DNA from: Escherichia phage CJ20
Reading direction: 5' to 3' (one strand)
Length of the DNA: 64,000 nt
Sequence record: MT533174.1
Shown here: one piece after another, positions 43,025-53,494 of the stretch
Layout: every line of letters begins with the position of its first letter
How positions within the stretch are numbered: position 1 is the first letter of the stretch
Made by a program: the position numbers and the translations under genes
Notes under the pieces: generated by a model
Database searches by the model: none
Told to the model about the DNA's origin: nothing
What the model saw: only the letters and a program-made list of their open reading frames with translations

Positions 43025-43684
43025 TTAATAATATCCAAAATCTTCAGATGTACCTCTAAGAACAACCTGGTCAATACGAGGAACGTGTTCGTTCAATGTA
43101 CCTGGGTTCCTAGATATGAAATTCGGGGCTGAAAGAACACCAGCCATAGATTGTATGTTACTATTATTTATTTGGACCTGTTTTGCGTTATCCACATCAC
43201 TTAATCCAACTTGTGCTTTTGACGGAGTATTCCCTGGAGAAAACACTCGACCTGATTCGTCTTTAATTTGACGACCAAGGATATCACCCATTACAGTAAG
43301 ACGGTTTGCACCTATAACAGTAGTCGGGTCGAAAATTACAAACGGTGTACCATCCGATGTCTCAAGACCCATACCTTTGCTCATTCTAAATGAGAAAGAA
43401 TATGTAGCAGACATCGGGGAGTTGTTTACTTTACGTCCTAATTTAACCCAATACCCATCAGTGTCTTTAAACTGTAAATCTTTATCAAACCCTACAGTGT
43501 TTAAATATGTCCCACCTGCTGCTTTAGAAACAAAGTCGTTATCTGCTGCTTGCGGTTTATTGAATTCTGTATATACTTTATATGTTTTGTAAAATAAATC
43601 ATTGCTTACGGGCGTCAACGGAAAATTGCCCTGGTGCCATATTACTGACCCGCCAGTCGTTGAGCCTACTCTTAAATCGGCCAT
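43025..43684 (-). CDS. 36: Long tail fibre subunit gp36
   Basis: 219 aa; N-terminus MADLRVGSTTGGSVIWHQGNFPL matches remembered T4 gp36. Confidence 0.9.
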   Translation of the reverse strand: MADLRVGSTTGGSVIWHQGNFPLTPVSNDLFYKTYKVYTEFNKPQAADNDFVSKAAGGTYLNTVGFDKDLQFKDTDGYWVKLGRKVNNSPMSATYSFSFRMSKGMGLETSDGTPFVIFDPTTVIGANRLTVMGDILGRQIKDESGRVFSPGNTPSKAQVGLSDVDNAKQVQINNSNIQSMAGVLSAPNFISRNPGTLNEHVPRIDQVVLRGTSEDFGYY

Positions 43685-43709
43685 ATTAGTTCCCCTTATT
43701 AGATAGGAG

Positions 43710-43717
43710 TATTTATA
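43710..43717 (-). promoter_or_regulatory. Late promoter box TATAAATA for gene 36
   Basis: Reverse complement of tatttata 43710-43717; downstream SD AAGGGG then ATG. Confidence 0.55.
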
Positions 43718-43719
43718 AC

Positions 43720-43741
43720 GAAAAAAGGACCCGAAGGTCCT
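43720..43741 (-). terminator. Rho-independent terminator after gene 35 (minus strand)
   Basis: AGGACC-CGAA-GGTCCT hairpin 43726-43741 with A run 43720-43725 on plus strand, i.e. T run downstream on minus. Confidence 0.65.
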
Positions 43742-44877
43742 TATTGTTTTTCTCTGAATTCCGCGGCAAATACGAATCCAGCTTGACTGGACCTTGTTGC
43801 ATTTTTATCATTCAATTGTGCAATGACATTACCCATATTACCTGGTTCTCCAGCCACAACCATTCTTATGCCGTTAATACCGATTTCTGCGGATTTAGCC
43901 TGTGTTTCTTGTCGAGCGATTTCTGTAAAGAAAATATTCCTTACTCCACCTTGTCCAGCAGCAACGGTCTTCCTTGCATACAATGTAAATCCATCAGCAT
44001 TCGGTGGAACAACAACATAACGTTCAAACGTCATCCATGCACCAGCCGGTGGACTTGCTTGACCTGTAGATGGGATATCATAATCGTTTGACTGAATCAT
44101 CGTCTGACCATTAAAGAATCGAACAGACATCTGAGTTGTTCCAAGGTCTTTAAGCGCCTGGTCATATGTCAGCTGAAACTTCAGGTAAAAAGTATCACCA
44201 GGGGCCATATTATAATCGGCCGCAGGAGTGATGGGAGAGTCTGTGGGGAAGCGTTTTATTTCTTGTGTACTATTACTATAATATGTGTTTCCGTCTTCCA
44301 CGACGCGCAGAGGGAATCCTGTGCCACCCACATCAGCAAAGTCGTCGTACACCATTTCCAATGGAGTCAATACATCTTCAACAGTTTTCCCGTCATTATA
44401 CAACACATGCTCTTTAACGATTGCATTTCGACCAGAGATATAAAAAGCCGAATACGAAGTATCAACTTGGTCAATCAACCACTTATCCGGAAATGCAGTC
44501 GAGCCGCGTGTTCTGAACCAATCAATTAAAGTTTGGGAAGCATTCAATTTCCCCTGCGATATCAAACAAACAATCCTACCCGCTGGAATGGAATTAATAT
44601 AAGTCACAAAGGCCTGTGAAATGACATCATAGTCTTTTGTGAAACCATAGTTTTTGGTTGCAGTGATTGTATTTGTTACTGGGTCAATCTCAATAAGGTT
44701 TAATCCATTTTGGAAGTTCTGAGGCCCGAAGGCCTCATCTTGAAACTTAACGTAGGGATAGTTTGGCGATTTGGTACAAGTCCCAGCAATCGACAATTTA
44801 TATCTTACTGCGTTATTTTCAGAAAGCACGGGAACTTGGACATATCCCTGTCCAAATTCAGCCATAAATCTTTCCAT
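43741..44877 (-). CDS. 35: Long tail fibre hinge subunit gp35
   Basis: 378 aa; between genes 34 and 36; size close to T4 gp35. Confidence 0.85.
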   Translation of the reverse strand: MERFMAEFGQGYVQVPVLSENNAVRYKLSIAGTCTKSPNYPYVKFQDEAFGPQNFQNGLNLIEIDPVTNTITATKNYGFTKDYDVISQAFVTYINSIPAGRIVCLISQGKLNASQTLIDWFRTRGSTAFPDKWLIDQVDTSYSAFYISGRNAIVKEHVLYNDGKTVEDVLTPLEMVYDDFADVGGTGFPLRVVEDGNTYYSNSTQEIKRFPTDSPITPAADYNMAPGDTFYLKFQLTYDQALKDLGTTQMSVRFFNGQTMIQSNDYDIPSTGQASPPAGAWMTFERYVVVPPNADGFTLYARKTVAAGQGGVRNIFFTEIARQETQAKSAEIGINGIRMVVAGEPGNMGNVIAQLNDKNATRSSQAGFVFAAEFREKQ

Positions 44878-44885
44878 AATACCTC

Positions 44886-47800
44886 TTATGGTGTATCAAT
44901 CCATTCGAATTTAACGGATTTAGTTACTGGGTCCGGAACAATACGTACGTTACCGATTCTTAACCAATCCCTGATAGTCAGGTTACTCATCGAAGCGTTA
45001 TCAGCAGGCAATGCACCAATATCCGACGGCTGAGGTGGGTTACCGCCATCAAAGACCTGAACAAAACCAGACCATGCGTTTTTGTTCTGCTGCCATGTAC
45101 GAGTCCAACGAGTGGTGCTTGCATTAGCAGTATTCGGATAAGTAATCCAGTCTTGATAGAGTGAATTCAGCGTGTTGCCAAACTGAGTCAATGTACCAGG
45201 TGATTTAACTTCTTCACCACGCTCCAAATAAGGCAGACCAGTTACTTCGTTAGTCTTTTCAACCATTTTGAAATAACCAGGGAATTGCTTATAAGTGGCT
45301 TCGTCATTAACGTCAACGGACCAGAAACCGGTATTATCTGCATTAGGTTTTCTAGAATAAAGGTCCGCAGGTTTAGTACCCTGAGAACGAATTCTCGAGT
45401 TAACAGTTAAACCACCCAAATTTATAGTAGCACCTTTGGCAATGATTAAGCTTTCACCAATCGTTACTTGGCCAGATGTATTACTAATAGCTAATGGTCT
45501 TAATCCGTTAAAGCCACCAGTCTGGTCATTTGCATTTGTAAGCATGAAATAGATGTTCGAGTTATCATTACGAATAAAGAACCCGTACTGTCCATTAATA
45601 GCTCTAAATGCGTTTGCACTATAGGTTATAAATTCACCTTGTGCAGTCACCGAACGTCCAAATGTTGCCGCACCATTAGCATTCAATGTTCCGGATGCAT
45701 TAACGTTAATCGGTTGAACTGTGCCGTTGATACTAAAAGTAATATTACCAAGATTATTCCGTTGCGAATAAAAGTGATTAGATGTTTCATCACCAACTTC
45801 AAACACGGTAGAACGAGTCGTATCCGAACCGCCACCATACTGGTTACCCCACACACGGATGCTCATTGACTGAACCGGGTTTGCACCGGATGCAGGACCT
45901 TTTTCGAAAACGATACGGGTCGGAGTTCCTGTGTTACGTATAGTAAATGTGGAGTTAGCAGCCAACGAGCCACCAAATTCACCGGTACCACCAGTCGCCA
46001 GCTGACCATCAACTCTTATGTTCTTTCTAAGGGTTAATGTACCTTCAACGATTTGGTCAATATCACGACGAATGAACTGCGTGCTATCCAGGTTATCCAG
46101 TTTATCCGAGTCTGCGGCTTTAGCTAAACGCGGCAGGAAGTTACCAAGGGTTTTGTTTAACTCATACGGAGAGATAGCATAGCTATTTTTCTCGTACAGG
46201 TCAAGAGCCTGGGTCGAACCTGCAGTTGCATTACCGACAAAAGTAATTGCACCTTCAGACATCTTAGCAAAGCCGCGGGTCGTCGTGGTTGCTGCCCATG
46301 TTGGTTCGGACTGCGCAATCCATTTCAGACTAACCGGAGAAACAGCCAGAACTGAACTTGTTCCTGCGATAGTTTCTGCGCGAGTAGCGATGCGAACAAT
46401 ACCTTCGGTGCCTTCTGTGGCTTTTTTCGACATCAACTTAAGCGGAGTAACGATTGTTTTATCGTCAGTACCAGTATTAACTTCAAGTTGAGTAGCCAGT
46501 CTTGCAGTGCCACGTTGAGTCTCATTTGCTTCAAGAATATTCAGCGTATAATGGTCCCAGAGCGTCCCTGTTTCTACTAAACCACTTGCTGCAATAACAG
46601 AAGTACGAGCAGTATTATTAAGTCTAGTTTTAATTTTTAATGGCGTTGCGATACGAGTATCATCAGTGCCAGTATCAAATTCTGATTGCGTAGCAATCTC
46701 GGCTATGCCGGATAATGATTCTGTTGCTTTACGGTCATTCAACGTTTTAGGAGTCACAGCTCTGGTATAATCGGTTCCGGCATTAGTTTCAGCCTGAGTT
46801 GCAATCTCGATTAAACCATGGTTTGAATCTGTTGCTCTGCGTGCACCTAATGTTTCCGGAGTCACGACCGAGTTACTGAATCCTGTATTTGTTGCCCCGG
46901 CGTTAACTTCTGACTGAGTAGCCAGATATACAGCACCTTGGTTATTCTGGTCAGCTTTATATTGGTCCAAAGCTTTCGGAGAAATTACCAGAGTGGTTGT
47001 ATTTTTATTATAAACGTTTGTCCCAACAGTTATACGGCTTGCTGCTGGAGTAGTCCCAGTAGTAGGAACATACTTAACGATACCAGATAAGCTTTCGGAG
47101 CCCTGACGAGCTTGTAGCTTGCGTGGAGTGATGATTGTAGTATCATCTATACCTGCATCAGTTTCTTGCTGTGTGGCGATTTCTGCGAGCCCACGTCTTG
47201 TTTCTGTAGCTGTACGTTCGTTTAACTTTTTCGGAGAAACGATAATATCATCCTGGAAAGCAAAAGTCGTATCCTGGTTCACCTGAGCAGTGTTAGCAAT
47301 TCGTGCAATACCACGACGTGATTCAGTAGCCACACGGTTAGCCAAAGTCTGCGGAGTAATTGCTAATTCTTTTTCAGGGTTATTTTCATGGTCAACGTTG
47401 GCCTGTGCCTGGTTAGCCAATGCAATAACACCCAGACGAGCACGGGTCAAATCATCCTTCGAGTCAACTCGTTCTACAGTCGGAACGTTTTGCGCAACAA
47501 CCCAATAGTTAATGTTCTTAACCGTATCTTCAAGATAACTTAATTCGATAACTGGCGTATAACTTATGTTACCATTGAAAGTCAAAGAGTCAACCAATAC
47601 CCATTCAGTATCCGGTGGATATTCCGAACGTTTCGGGAACTGGAGCAGCTGAACAGAAGACGCGATTTTATCAGTAGCCGAAGCTTTAATATTAACAGTC
47701 TGTGCCTTGCGAAGATAGTTCAGAGCAATCTTAACTACGTCCCCTGGACGAACACCCGTCGGAAGGTCGATGTTAATTGTCTGCGAGGTGTTGTTATCAT

Positions 47801-48785
47801 TACCGAACACGATAATACTTTCGTTTGACAGCAATTTCACACTGTCACGGATTACGCGCAGGCGAGTTTTGTTATCACCATCCCAAGTCACCCACAGTTT
47901 TTCAGTGGCATTATAAACGAAGAAGCCATCACCAGTTGTACGGAATTCCATACTGTGCTGACCCTGTTTACCCAGAGAGCTTGACTCGTCAAACGTTTCA
48001 ACATCCAGGTGATATAATGGCCCTAATCCATCTATGTCTACCGATTTGACAATATCACCTTGGTTAGCATACTTAGGAAGAACAAATGTAATTTTTTCTG
48101 CAGTCGTATAATGACGCATAATAAAATCTGATGCTTGAGTTCGATATTTACCAGAGCTTGGTTCAATTCTTATTCCGCGTTCTTCGTTACCGGCTTCCCA
48201 AAACTGCCATAAGCGGTTTGAAAAGATAAGCATGTTATAAGAGAACGGTTTTGTAATTAAAACTTCTGAATACTGATTACCAAAACGAACAATCTTTTGG
48301 TTACCTTGACCAGGTACGTTGCTCGATTGAACTTTGATTTCATTATAACCGGTATTACCACCGATATCTTTAATAACGATGGTATCACCATCAGTCGGGT
48401 TCGGGGGTAATGTAAATGTGGTAAAGCTTGCAGCTGAGTCGACCGCGATAAATTCCCCGGAATTAAGCTGACGAGTCGGAGATGCAACAGTTTCCCATTT
48501 CGGGTCAGTACGGGTTGCAGTCCAATATTGCTGAACAAATGAGCCAGCTGGTTCTGCGATTTCGCGTTGGGAAACCCAAATACGGTTATCATAGATAACT
48601 GCGAAGTTCTTTTTGTATCCACGCGTTGCATCATATTGTTGAACTGTGTTTTCTTCTATAAAGAAATCTACGTTAACGCCGTCTGACAAAACTGAGTAAT
48701 CAGCTTTAGCGACATTAATGACTTTCTCACCAGCAGCATCGAGACCGGATGTTGCTCTGAATGCTGGTTTTAAAATATCGGCCAT
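44886..48785 (-). CDS. 34: Long tail fibre proximal subunit gp34
   Basis: 1299 aa; extensive similarity to remembered T4 gp34 including C-terminus IGALP.DNA.M.NLTIRD.LRIGNVRIVPDPV. Confidence 0.95.
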   Translation of the reverse strand: MADILKPAFRATSGLDAAGEKVINVAKADYSVLSDGVNVDFFIEENTVQQYDATRGYKKNFAVIYDNRIWVSQREIAEPAGSFVQQYWTATRTDPKWETVASPTRQLNSGEFIAVDSAASFTTFTLPPNPTDGDTIVIKDIGGNTGYNEIKVQSSNVPGQGNQKIVRFGNQYSEVLITKPFSYNMLIFSNRLWQFWEAGNEERGIRIEPSSGKYRTQASDFIMRHYTTAEKITFVLPKYANQGDIVKSVDIDGLGPLYHLDVETFDESSSLGKQGQHSMEFRTTGDGFFVYNATEKLWVTWDGDNKTRLRVIRDSVKLLSNESIIVFGNDNNTSQTINIDLPTGVRPGDVVKIALNYLRKAQTVNIKASATDKIASSVQLLQFPKRSEYPPDTEWVLVDSLTFNGNISYTPVIELSYLEDTVKNINYWVVAQNVPTVERVDSKDDLTRARLGVIALANQAQANVDHENNPEKELAITPQTLANRVATESRRGIARIANTAQVNQDTTFAFQDDIIVSPKKLNERTATETRRGLAEIATQQETDAGIDDTTIITPRKLQARQGSESLSGIVKYVPTTGTTPAASRITVGTNVYNKNTTTLVISPKALDQYKADQNNQGAVYLATQSEVNAGATNTGFSNSVVTPETLGARRATDSNHGLIEIATQAETNAGTDYTRAVTPKTLNDRKATESLSGIAEIATQSEFDTGTDDTRIATPLKIKTRLNNTARTSVIAASGLVETGTLWDHYTLNILEANETQRGTARLATQLEVNTGTDDKTIVTPLKLMSKKATEGTEGIVRIATRAETIAGTSSVLAVSPVSLKWIAQSEPTWAATTTTRGFAKMSEGAITFVGNATAGSTQALDLYEKNSYAISPYELNKTLGNFLPRLAKAADSDKLDNLDSTQFIRRDIDQIVEGTLTLRKNIRVDGQLATGGTGEFGGSLAANSTFTIRNTGTPTRIVFEKGPASGANPVQSMSIRVWGNQYGGGSDTTRSTVFEVGDETSNHFYSQRNNLGNITFSINGTVQPINVNASGTLNANGAATFGRSVTAQGEFITYSANAFRAINGQYGFFIRNDNSNIYFMLTNANDQTGGFNGLRPLAISNTSGQVTIGESLIIAKGATINLGGLTVNSRIRSQGTKPADLYSRKPNADNTGFWSVDVNDEATYKQFPGYFKMVEKTNEVTGLPYLERGEEVKSPGTLTQFGNTLNSLYQDWITYPNTANASTTRWTRTWQQNKNAWSGFVQVFDGGNPPQPSDIGALPADNASMSNLTIRDWLRIGNVRIVPDPVTKSVKFEWIDTP

Positions 48786-48815
48786 GTGCTTTATCCTTAT
48801 TGATTGGTATACGTG

Positions 48816-48823
48816 TATTTATA
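48816..48823 (-). promoter_or_regulatory. Late promoter box TATAAATA for gene 34
   Basis: Reverse complement of tatttata 48816-48823; 30 nt upstream of gene 34 ATG with SD AAGGA. Confidence 0.6.
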
Positions 48824-48824
48824 T

Positions 48825-48852
48825 TGCTTTAAAAATTTTATGCTAATATAAT
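48825..48852 (+). promoter_or_regulatory. Putative middle or early promoter for rnh
   Basis: ATTGCTTTA MotA-box-like (TGCTT 48825-48829) then TAATATAAT 48844-48852. Confidence 0.35.
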
Positions 48853-48880
48853 CGAGTCAACTAATTGAACAGAGGTTCAT

Positions 48881-49825
48881 ATGAATTTAGATTTTTTACT
48901 CCCTGAAGAAGACCGTCAAAAAGATGGTTTTCAGTTACTCGATTTTAGTCAGCTCATCATGGCTGCAGCCTTCCAGGAATTCGGCAAAGACGCAGGCTTT
49001 CCGAAGGTAACAACTGCAATGACCCGCCACTTGGTGCTGAACTCTATCCGAAAAAATATCGTGCAGTTCAAGAAGCTCGGTTATACGATTCCAATTATTT
49101 GTGTTGATAACTCGAAGAATGGTTATTGGCGTCGAACGAAATCTTATTATTATAAGAAAAACCGTGCGAAAGCTCGCGAAGAGTCTCAATTCGATTGGGA
49201 AGGTCTACATGCTGCCATGCACATCATCATCGATGAAATGGAAAAACATATGCCTTACATCGTGATGAATATAGATAAAGTCGAGGCTGATGACCATATT
49301 GCAGTATTAACAAAATTGCTCACTGGTCTCGGTCATCCGGTTATGGTTGTTTCTTCAGATGGTGACTTTACCCAGTTGCATAAATTCCCTGGGGTGAAAC
49401 AATGGTCCCCGATGCAGAAAAAATATGTCAAAACTAAATCAGGCGATGCCCTTATGGATTGCGTGACAAAGGTTGTTAAAGGTGACAAAAAAGATAACGT
49501 GTCGAGCATCAAGGTTCGTGGTGATTTTTATTACACTCACGAAGAAGGTGAACGCACTCCACCGACACGTGCAGCCGAGCTTGAACAAATTGCGCTCAAC
49601 TATTACGACCATGACGTGCTGAAAACGCTTTTAACAGAAGAGCAATATAATAGATTCTGTGAAAACCAATTGTTGATTGATATGGACTTTATCCCAACGG
49701 AAATATCCGCTTCAATCTTAGAACGATATAATAACTACGTTATCCCAGCCAAAAGTAAAGTTTATCCTTACTTTGTTAAGTCTGGTCTGTCTAAACTAAC
49801 TGCAAACATTGCTGAATTTTATTAA
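48881..49825 (+). CDS. rnh: RNase H (5'-3' exonuclease, FEN-like)
   Basis: 314 aa; motifs IDFSQ, YWRR..YYYKKNR.KAREES, DKVEADDHIAVL, SSDGDFTQLHK match remembered T4 RNase H. Confidence 0.9.
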   Translation: MNLDFLLPEEDRQKDGFQLLDFSQLIMAAAFQEFGKDAGFPKVTTAMTRHLVLNSIRKNIVQFKKLGYTIPIICVDNSKNGYWRRTKSYYYKKNRAKAREESQFDWEGLHAAMHIIIDEMEKHMPYIVMNIDKVEADDHIAVLTKLLTGLGHPVMVVSSDGDFTQLHKFPGVKQWSPMQKKYVKTKSGDALMDCVTKVVKGDKKDNVSSIKVRGDFYYTHEEGERTPPTRAAELEQIALNYYDHDVLKTLLTEEQYNRFCENQLLIDMDFIPTEISASILERYNNYVIPAKSKVYPYFVKSGLSKLTANIAEFY

Positions 49826-49833
49826 GGTATATT

Positions 49834-50103
49834 ATGAAAGAGAAAAAAGTGAAAGTTGAATTTTGTCCTGATACTCATGGTGCTGAACTGGCCAAGCTGA
49901 TTAAAGCTGCTTCCGATACCAAATTAAAAATGGAAGCATATGCAGACGAAATTAAAGACCTTAAAGATAAGGCAAAAACTGAATTAGGCGTTGACGGTAA
50001 GATGTTCAATACACAGCTCGGCCTGTATCATAAAGGCACTCGTGAGCGTTTTGAAGATGAAAAAACCGAAGCTGTGGAGCTCTATGATGTCCTCTTTAGT
50101 TAA
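49834..50103 (+). CDS. dsbA: dsDNA-binding late transcription enhancer DsbA
   Basis: 89 aa, same size and position as T4 dsbA. Confidence 0.65.
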   Translation: MKEKKVKVEFCPDTHGAELAKLIKAASDTKLKMEAYADEIKDLKDKAKTELGVDGKMFNTQLGLYHKGTRERFEDEKTEAVELYDVLFS

Positions 50104-50377
50104 TTTTGATACACAGAAAACTGAATCGCCTTCTGGGGCGATTAGTAAGCAGCAAAACGGGCTTGATATTGAAGCCATGGTCGAGTCAACTGAAATGTCT
50201 TATCTGGAAGCTACAACTGCCTGGTTGGAAGAACGTGGAATTCCTGAGGGCAATTTTGCGCGATATATCCCTGCGGGAATCGTCGATAAGATTATGAATG
50301 AAGCATATGATGATAACCTGCTTCGTCCGAGTATGTCTCGTACACAGAAAACTAATACGCTGGACTTTTTGTTATGA
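50084..50377 (+). CDS. 33: Late transcription co-activator gp33
   Basis: About 97 aa from ATG 50084 (SD GGAG); between dsbA and gene 59 as in T4; start uncertain (50057 possible). Confidence 0.65.
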   Translation: MMSSLVNFDTQKTESPSGAISKQQNGLDIEAMVESTEMSYLEATTAWLEERGIPEGNFARYIPAGIVDKIMNEAYDDNLLRPSMSRTQKTNTLDFLL

Positions 50378-51042
50378 TTACGATTCGCATGCCTCCAAAT
50401 AACAACCGATATATAAATGGTAAATCAGTATACCAACTGTACTTATCCATCAAACAGCATTTTTCGGGTCGTTATGATATTATCAAATATAACTGGACCA
50501 TGCGAATCTCCGATAGTGCTTATCAAAAACGTCGCGATAAGTATTTTTTCGAAAAGCTTAGCGATAAGTACACTCTTAAAGAATTAACGTTAATATTCAT
50601 GTCAAACCTGGTTGCGAACCAGGATGCATGGATAGGCGATATAAGTGATGCCGATGCTCTGATATTTTACAGAGAATACATTGGCAGACTTAAAAGAATT
50701 AGACAAGTATACGAAGATGATATAAAGAACATCTATTACTTCAGTAAGAAAGTCGAAGTCAAATCGCTCCAAGAGATTTTCGAGTATAATACTAAAGTGA
50801 ATACAAGTTATATTTTCAAACTTCTCCAATCGAATGTTATCTCATTTGAAACGTTTTGTTTGCTTGATTCATTTTTAGGTATTATAAATAAACATGATGA
50901 ACAGACTAACGACTTGGTTTGGGAAAAGTATTCAACCAAACTAAATGCCTATAAGAAAATCTTAAATATAGATTCTCTTGAAGCTCGTAAATTGTTCATC
51001 GAGACCGTTAAAAACTGTCAAATAACGCTTCAAACACTTTGA
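50374..51042 (+). CDS. 59: Helicase loader gp59
   Basis: 222 aa; long identity runs with remembered T4 gp59 (NLVANQDAWIGDISDADAL.FYREYIGRLK, YYFSKKVEV, SYIFKLLQSN.ISFETF). Confidence 0.9.
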   Translation: MITIRMPPNNNRYINGKSVYQLYLSIKQHFSGRYDIIKYNWTMRISDSAYQKRRDKYFFEKLSDKYTLKELTLIFMSNLVANQDAWIGDISDADALIFYREYIGRLKRIRQVYEDDIKNIYYFSKKVEVKSLQEIFEYNTKVNTSYIFKLLQSNVISFETFCLLDSFLGIINKHDEQTNDLVWEKYSTKLNAYKKILNIDSLEARKLFIETVKNCQITLQTL

Positions 51043-51102
51043 AGTATAATTAATACGTAATCAAAACAACTGCTAAAAATCAAATAATCTAAGGAAAATC
51101 AT

Positions 51103-52014
51103 ATGTCTATGTTTAAACGTAAAAACCCTGCTGACCTGGCTGCTTCCCTTAACGCTCTTAAAGGTGGTTCTGGTTTCTCTTCTGACGATAAAAAAGAATG
51201 GAAACTGAAAGATACTGATGGCGTCGGCTCTGCGGTTATTCGTTTCCTGCCTTCTAAGAATGAAGAAAATCCATCTCCATTCATCAAGCTCGTTAACCAC
51301 GGCTTTAAAAATGCTGGTCAATGGTATATTGAAAACTGTACTTCTACTCACGGCGATTATGAAAACTGTCCTGTGTGTGCGTACATGAATAAGAATGACC
51401 TGTACAATACAAACGAATCCGAATATCGTAAACTGAAGCGTAATACTTCTTACTGGGCTAACATCCTGGTCATTAAAGACCCTGCTGTTCCGTCTAACGA
51501 AGGTCAAGTATTCAAATATCGCTTTGGTAAGAAAATCATGGACAAAATCAACCAGATGGTTGAAGTCGATGTTGACATGGGCGAAACAGCTATTGATGTA
51601 ACTTGTCCTTTTGAAGGTGCGAACTTCGTACTGAAATCTAAACTGGTTTCCGGTTATAAAAACTACGATGATTCCAAATTCATGAACCAGTCTGAAATCG
51701 CCGGCATCAATGATGAAGCATTCCAGAAAAAACTTTGGGACGACATGTCTGACCTGAATGAATTGCTGGTATTTAAATCTCTTGAAGAGAATCAGAAGAA
51801 ATTCTCTAAAGTAATGGGTACAGCTGCTCTCGGTGGTGCTGCTTCTAAAGCTGCTGCGCAAGCCGATAAACTGGGCGCTGACCTGGACGATTTTGATAAA
51901 GATATGGAAGACTTCACTTCCAGCAAACCTGCTAAGTCTGAACGCGCTGCGACTGCTCCAAGCACTCCAGAGCCTTCTGATGATGGTCTTGACGACCTTC
52001 TGGCTGGCCTTTAA
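51103..52014 (+). CDS. 32: Single-stranded DNA-binding protein gp32
   Basis: 303 aa; zinc site [10 protein letters not shown]; [26 protein letters not shown]; acidic C-terminus ending [11 protein letters not shown]. Confidence 0.95.
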   Translation: MSMFKRKNPADLAASLNALKGGSGFSSDDKKEWKLKDTDGVGSAVIRFLPSKNEENPSPFIKLVNHGFKNAGQWYIENCTSTHGDYENCPVCAYMNKNDLYNTNESEYRKLKRNTSYWANILVIKDPAVPSNEGQVFKYRFGKKIMDKINQMVEVDVDMGETAIDVTCPFEGANFVLKSKLVSGYKNYDDSKFMNQSEIAGINDEAFQKKLWDDMSDLNELLVFKSLEENQKKFSKVMGTAALGGAASKAAAQADKLGADLDDFDKDMEDFTSSKPAKSERAATAPSTPEPSDDGLDDLLAGL

Positions 52015-52020
52015 TATAAG

Positions 52021-52042
52021 GGGACCTTCGGGTCCCTTTTTT
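52021..52042 (+). terminator. Rho-independent terminator (GGGACC-TTCG-GGTCCC + T run)
   Basis: Perfect 6-bp stem, TTCG loop, TTTTTT, 7 nt after gene 32 stop. Confidence 0.75.
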
Positions 52043-52057
52043 ATTTTCAAAAAGTAG

Positions 52058-52086
52058 TGTACAAGTCCTTTGAGCTAAGGCATAAT
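52058..52086 (+). promoter_or_regulatory. Early sigma70-type promoter
   Basis: AAAAAGTAGTGTACA, TGTACA 52058-52063, CATAAT 52081-52086, leader CCATCAACTACTGATAACAACTGAGGA. Confidence 0.5.
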
Positions 52087-52124
52087 GATTCCATCAACTA
52101 CTGATAACAACTGAGGAAATAAAA

Positions 52125-52487
52125 ATGGAAATCGGCAAAAAATATGAGTTCAATCCACATCGTATTAAATCTTTCATTGATATTAGTTCATCGAATGCTA
52201 GTATGGTCGACATCATCCAAGAAAATGGCGGTTGGTTTGAAGTTAAATCAATATCAAGTGCAGACGGCTATGATTATGTAACCGAAATCATTTGTGCTAA
52301 TGGTGCAATCTATAATGATGATGGCATGGGTGATGATTATTTTGAACTTAGTGAAGAAGAGTTTTATTGCTTCCGCGAATACTCCAGTTATGCAAAAACA
52401 CCTTCAGGGGCGGTTTCTATTAATTGTGTTGTGGATGCTAATAACGTCGACCAAATCATTGAACTTCTACAAAAAGCTTTCAAATAA
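52125..52487 (+). CDS. Hypothetical protein (120 aa), paralog of 52834-53202
   Basis: Shares G.Y, FI, DY, YFEL.E.EF..F.E spacing with ORF 52834. Confidence 0.5.
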   Translation: MEIGKKYEFNPHRIKSFIDISSSNASMVDIIQENGGWFEVKSISSADGYDYVTEIICANGAIYNDDGMGDDYFELSEEEFYCFREYSSYAKTPSGAVSINCVVDANNVDQIIELLQKAFK

Positions 52488-52489
52488 CA

Positions 52490-52520
52490 GTTTACAACGG
52501 GTCTATGGTTGAGATACTAT
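52490..52520 (+). promoter_or_regulatory. Early sigma70-type promoter
   Basis: GTTTACA 52490-52496, TACTAT 52515-52520, leader CCTATCAACTACATGAGGA 52524-52542. Confidence 0.45.
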
Positions 52521-52549
52521 AGGCCTATCAACTACATGAGGAAAATAAA

Positions 52550-52777
52550 ATGGCTAAAGTTAATATTGATATCGTTGATTTTGAATACACTTACGAAGTT
52601 ATCCGCAATCGTTATCCTTCTTTGTGTATGACTTACATTAAAGATACCCAATTCTTTAGTGTTCAAATTGAAGTCCAGGGTCCTCTTGAAGACCTTACCC
52701 GCTTTATGCAAAATGAATATTGCGAAGGGATGCACCCGGAAGACGCTAAATTTTATATGAATTTGATTGAAGCTTAG
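52550..52777 (+). CDS. Hypothetical protein (75 aa)
   Basis: ATG after leader motif; no homology recognised. Confidence 0.45.
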   Translation: MAKVNIDIVDFEYTYEVIRNRYPSLCMTYIKDTQFFSVQIEVQGPLEDLTRFMQNEYCEGMHPEDAKFYMNLIEA

Positions 52778-52833
52778 TATACAAACCAACGGGAACATGC
52801 TAATATGTTCCCAACTGAAATGAGGAAATTAAA

Positions 52834-53202
52834 ATGATGGAAACTGGTAAATTTTACGTATTAGACCCTGCTGCTAAAAAACAATTCATCGCTGGTAGTC
52901 CTGATGATAATTCGTGCATAGTCAAGCTGATGGAACAGCATGGCAGTTCCTTCAAAGTCCTGGATATGTGCTTTATTGATGGCGATTATTTTGTTGAAAA
53001 AGTTGAAATGAAAGATGGCACCATCCTGAATAGTATGGGGGATTCTGATGAGTACTTTGAACTCGCTGAATGGGAATTCTGTCACTTCCTGGAAGTTGAT
53101 GGCGATGCTCCTTATGTTGATACCCAAACCATTCATGTGCAGGTAAATCATAAAAATGCCGCAGAAGTCATTGCACTGATTAAAGCAACTTTTGGGGTCT
53201 AA
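52834..53202 (+). CDS. Hypothetical protein (122 aa), paralog of 52125-52487
   Basis: See 52125; SD GAGGAAATTAAAATG. Confidence 0.5.
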   Translation: MMETGKFYVLDPAAKKQFIAGSPDDNSCIVKLMEQHGSSFKVLDMCFIDGDYFVEKVEMKDGTILNSMGDSDEYFELAEWEFCHFLEVDGDAPYVDTQTIHVQVNHKNAAEVIALIKATFGV

Positions 53203-53458
53203 TATGACTAAAGATGATTTCCTGGATGCAGTAGAAAAAGCAAGCGAACAATTTGAAGTAATGGGTGTACGAGTTCATAAAGACAGAAATTATGGCCTCG
53301 ATGTTCAAACATACTCATTGTGGCTTGTTGGTGAACACAGTCTTGCAACCAATCTTGTTATGGGGGTTGATACTCATCCTTTATTAGTTAAGTTCAGAAG
53401 TATGGAAAAAGCCACCAAGGAAATGATTAAACTTGGCAAATGGCTTGATAAAATTTAA
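53192..53458 (+). CDS. Hypothetical protein (88 aa)
   Basis: Overlaps previous ORF by 11 nt. Confidence 0.45.
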   Translation: MGSNMTKDDFLDAVEKASEQFEVMGVRVHKDRNYGLDVQTYSLWLVGEHSLATNLVMGVDTHPLLVKFRSMEKATKEMIKLGKWLDKI

Positions 53459-53465
53459 AAAGTAG

Positions 53466-53494
53466 TGTACAACCAAATGGGGCTATGACATAAT
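53466..53494 (+). promoter_or_regulatory. Early sigma70-type promoter
   Basis: AAAAAGTAGTGTACA, TGTACA 53466-53471, CATAAT 53489-53494, leader TGGTCCCATACTGAG. Confidence 0.5.

Noticed and set aside
51073-52050. 325-aa minus-strand ORF spanning gene 32
   Set aside because: Antisense to gene 32, which has unmistakable identity; runs through the gene 32 terminator and promoter.
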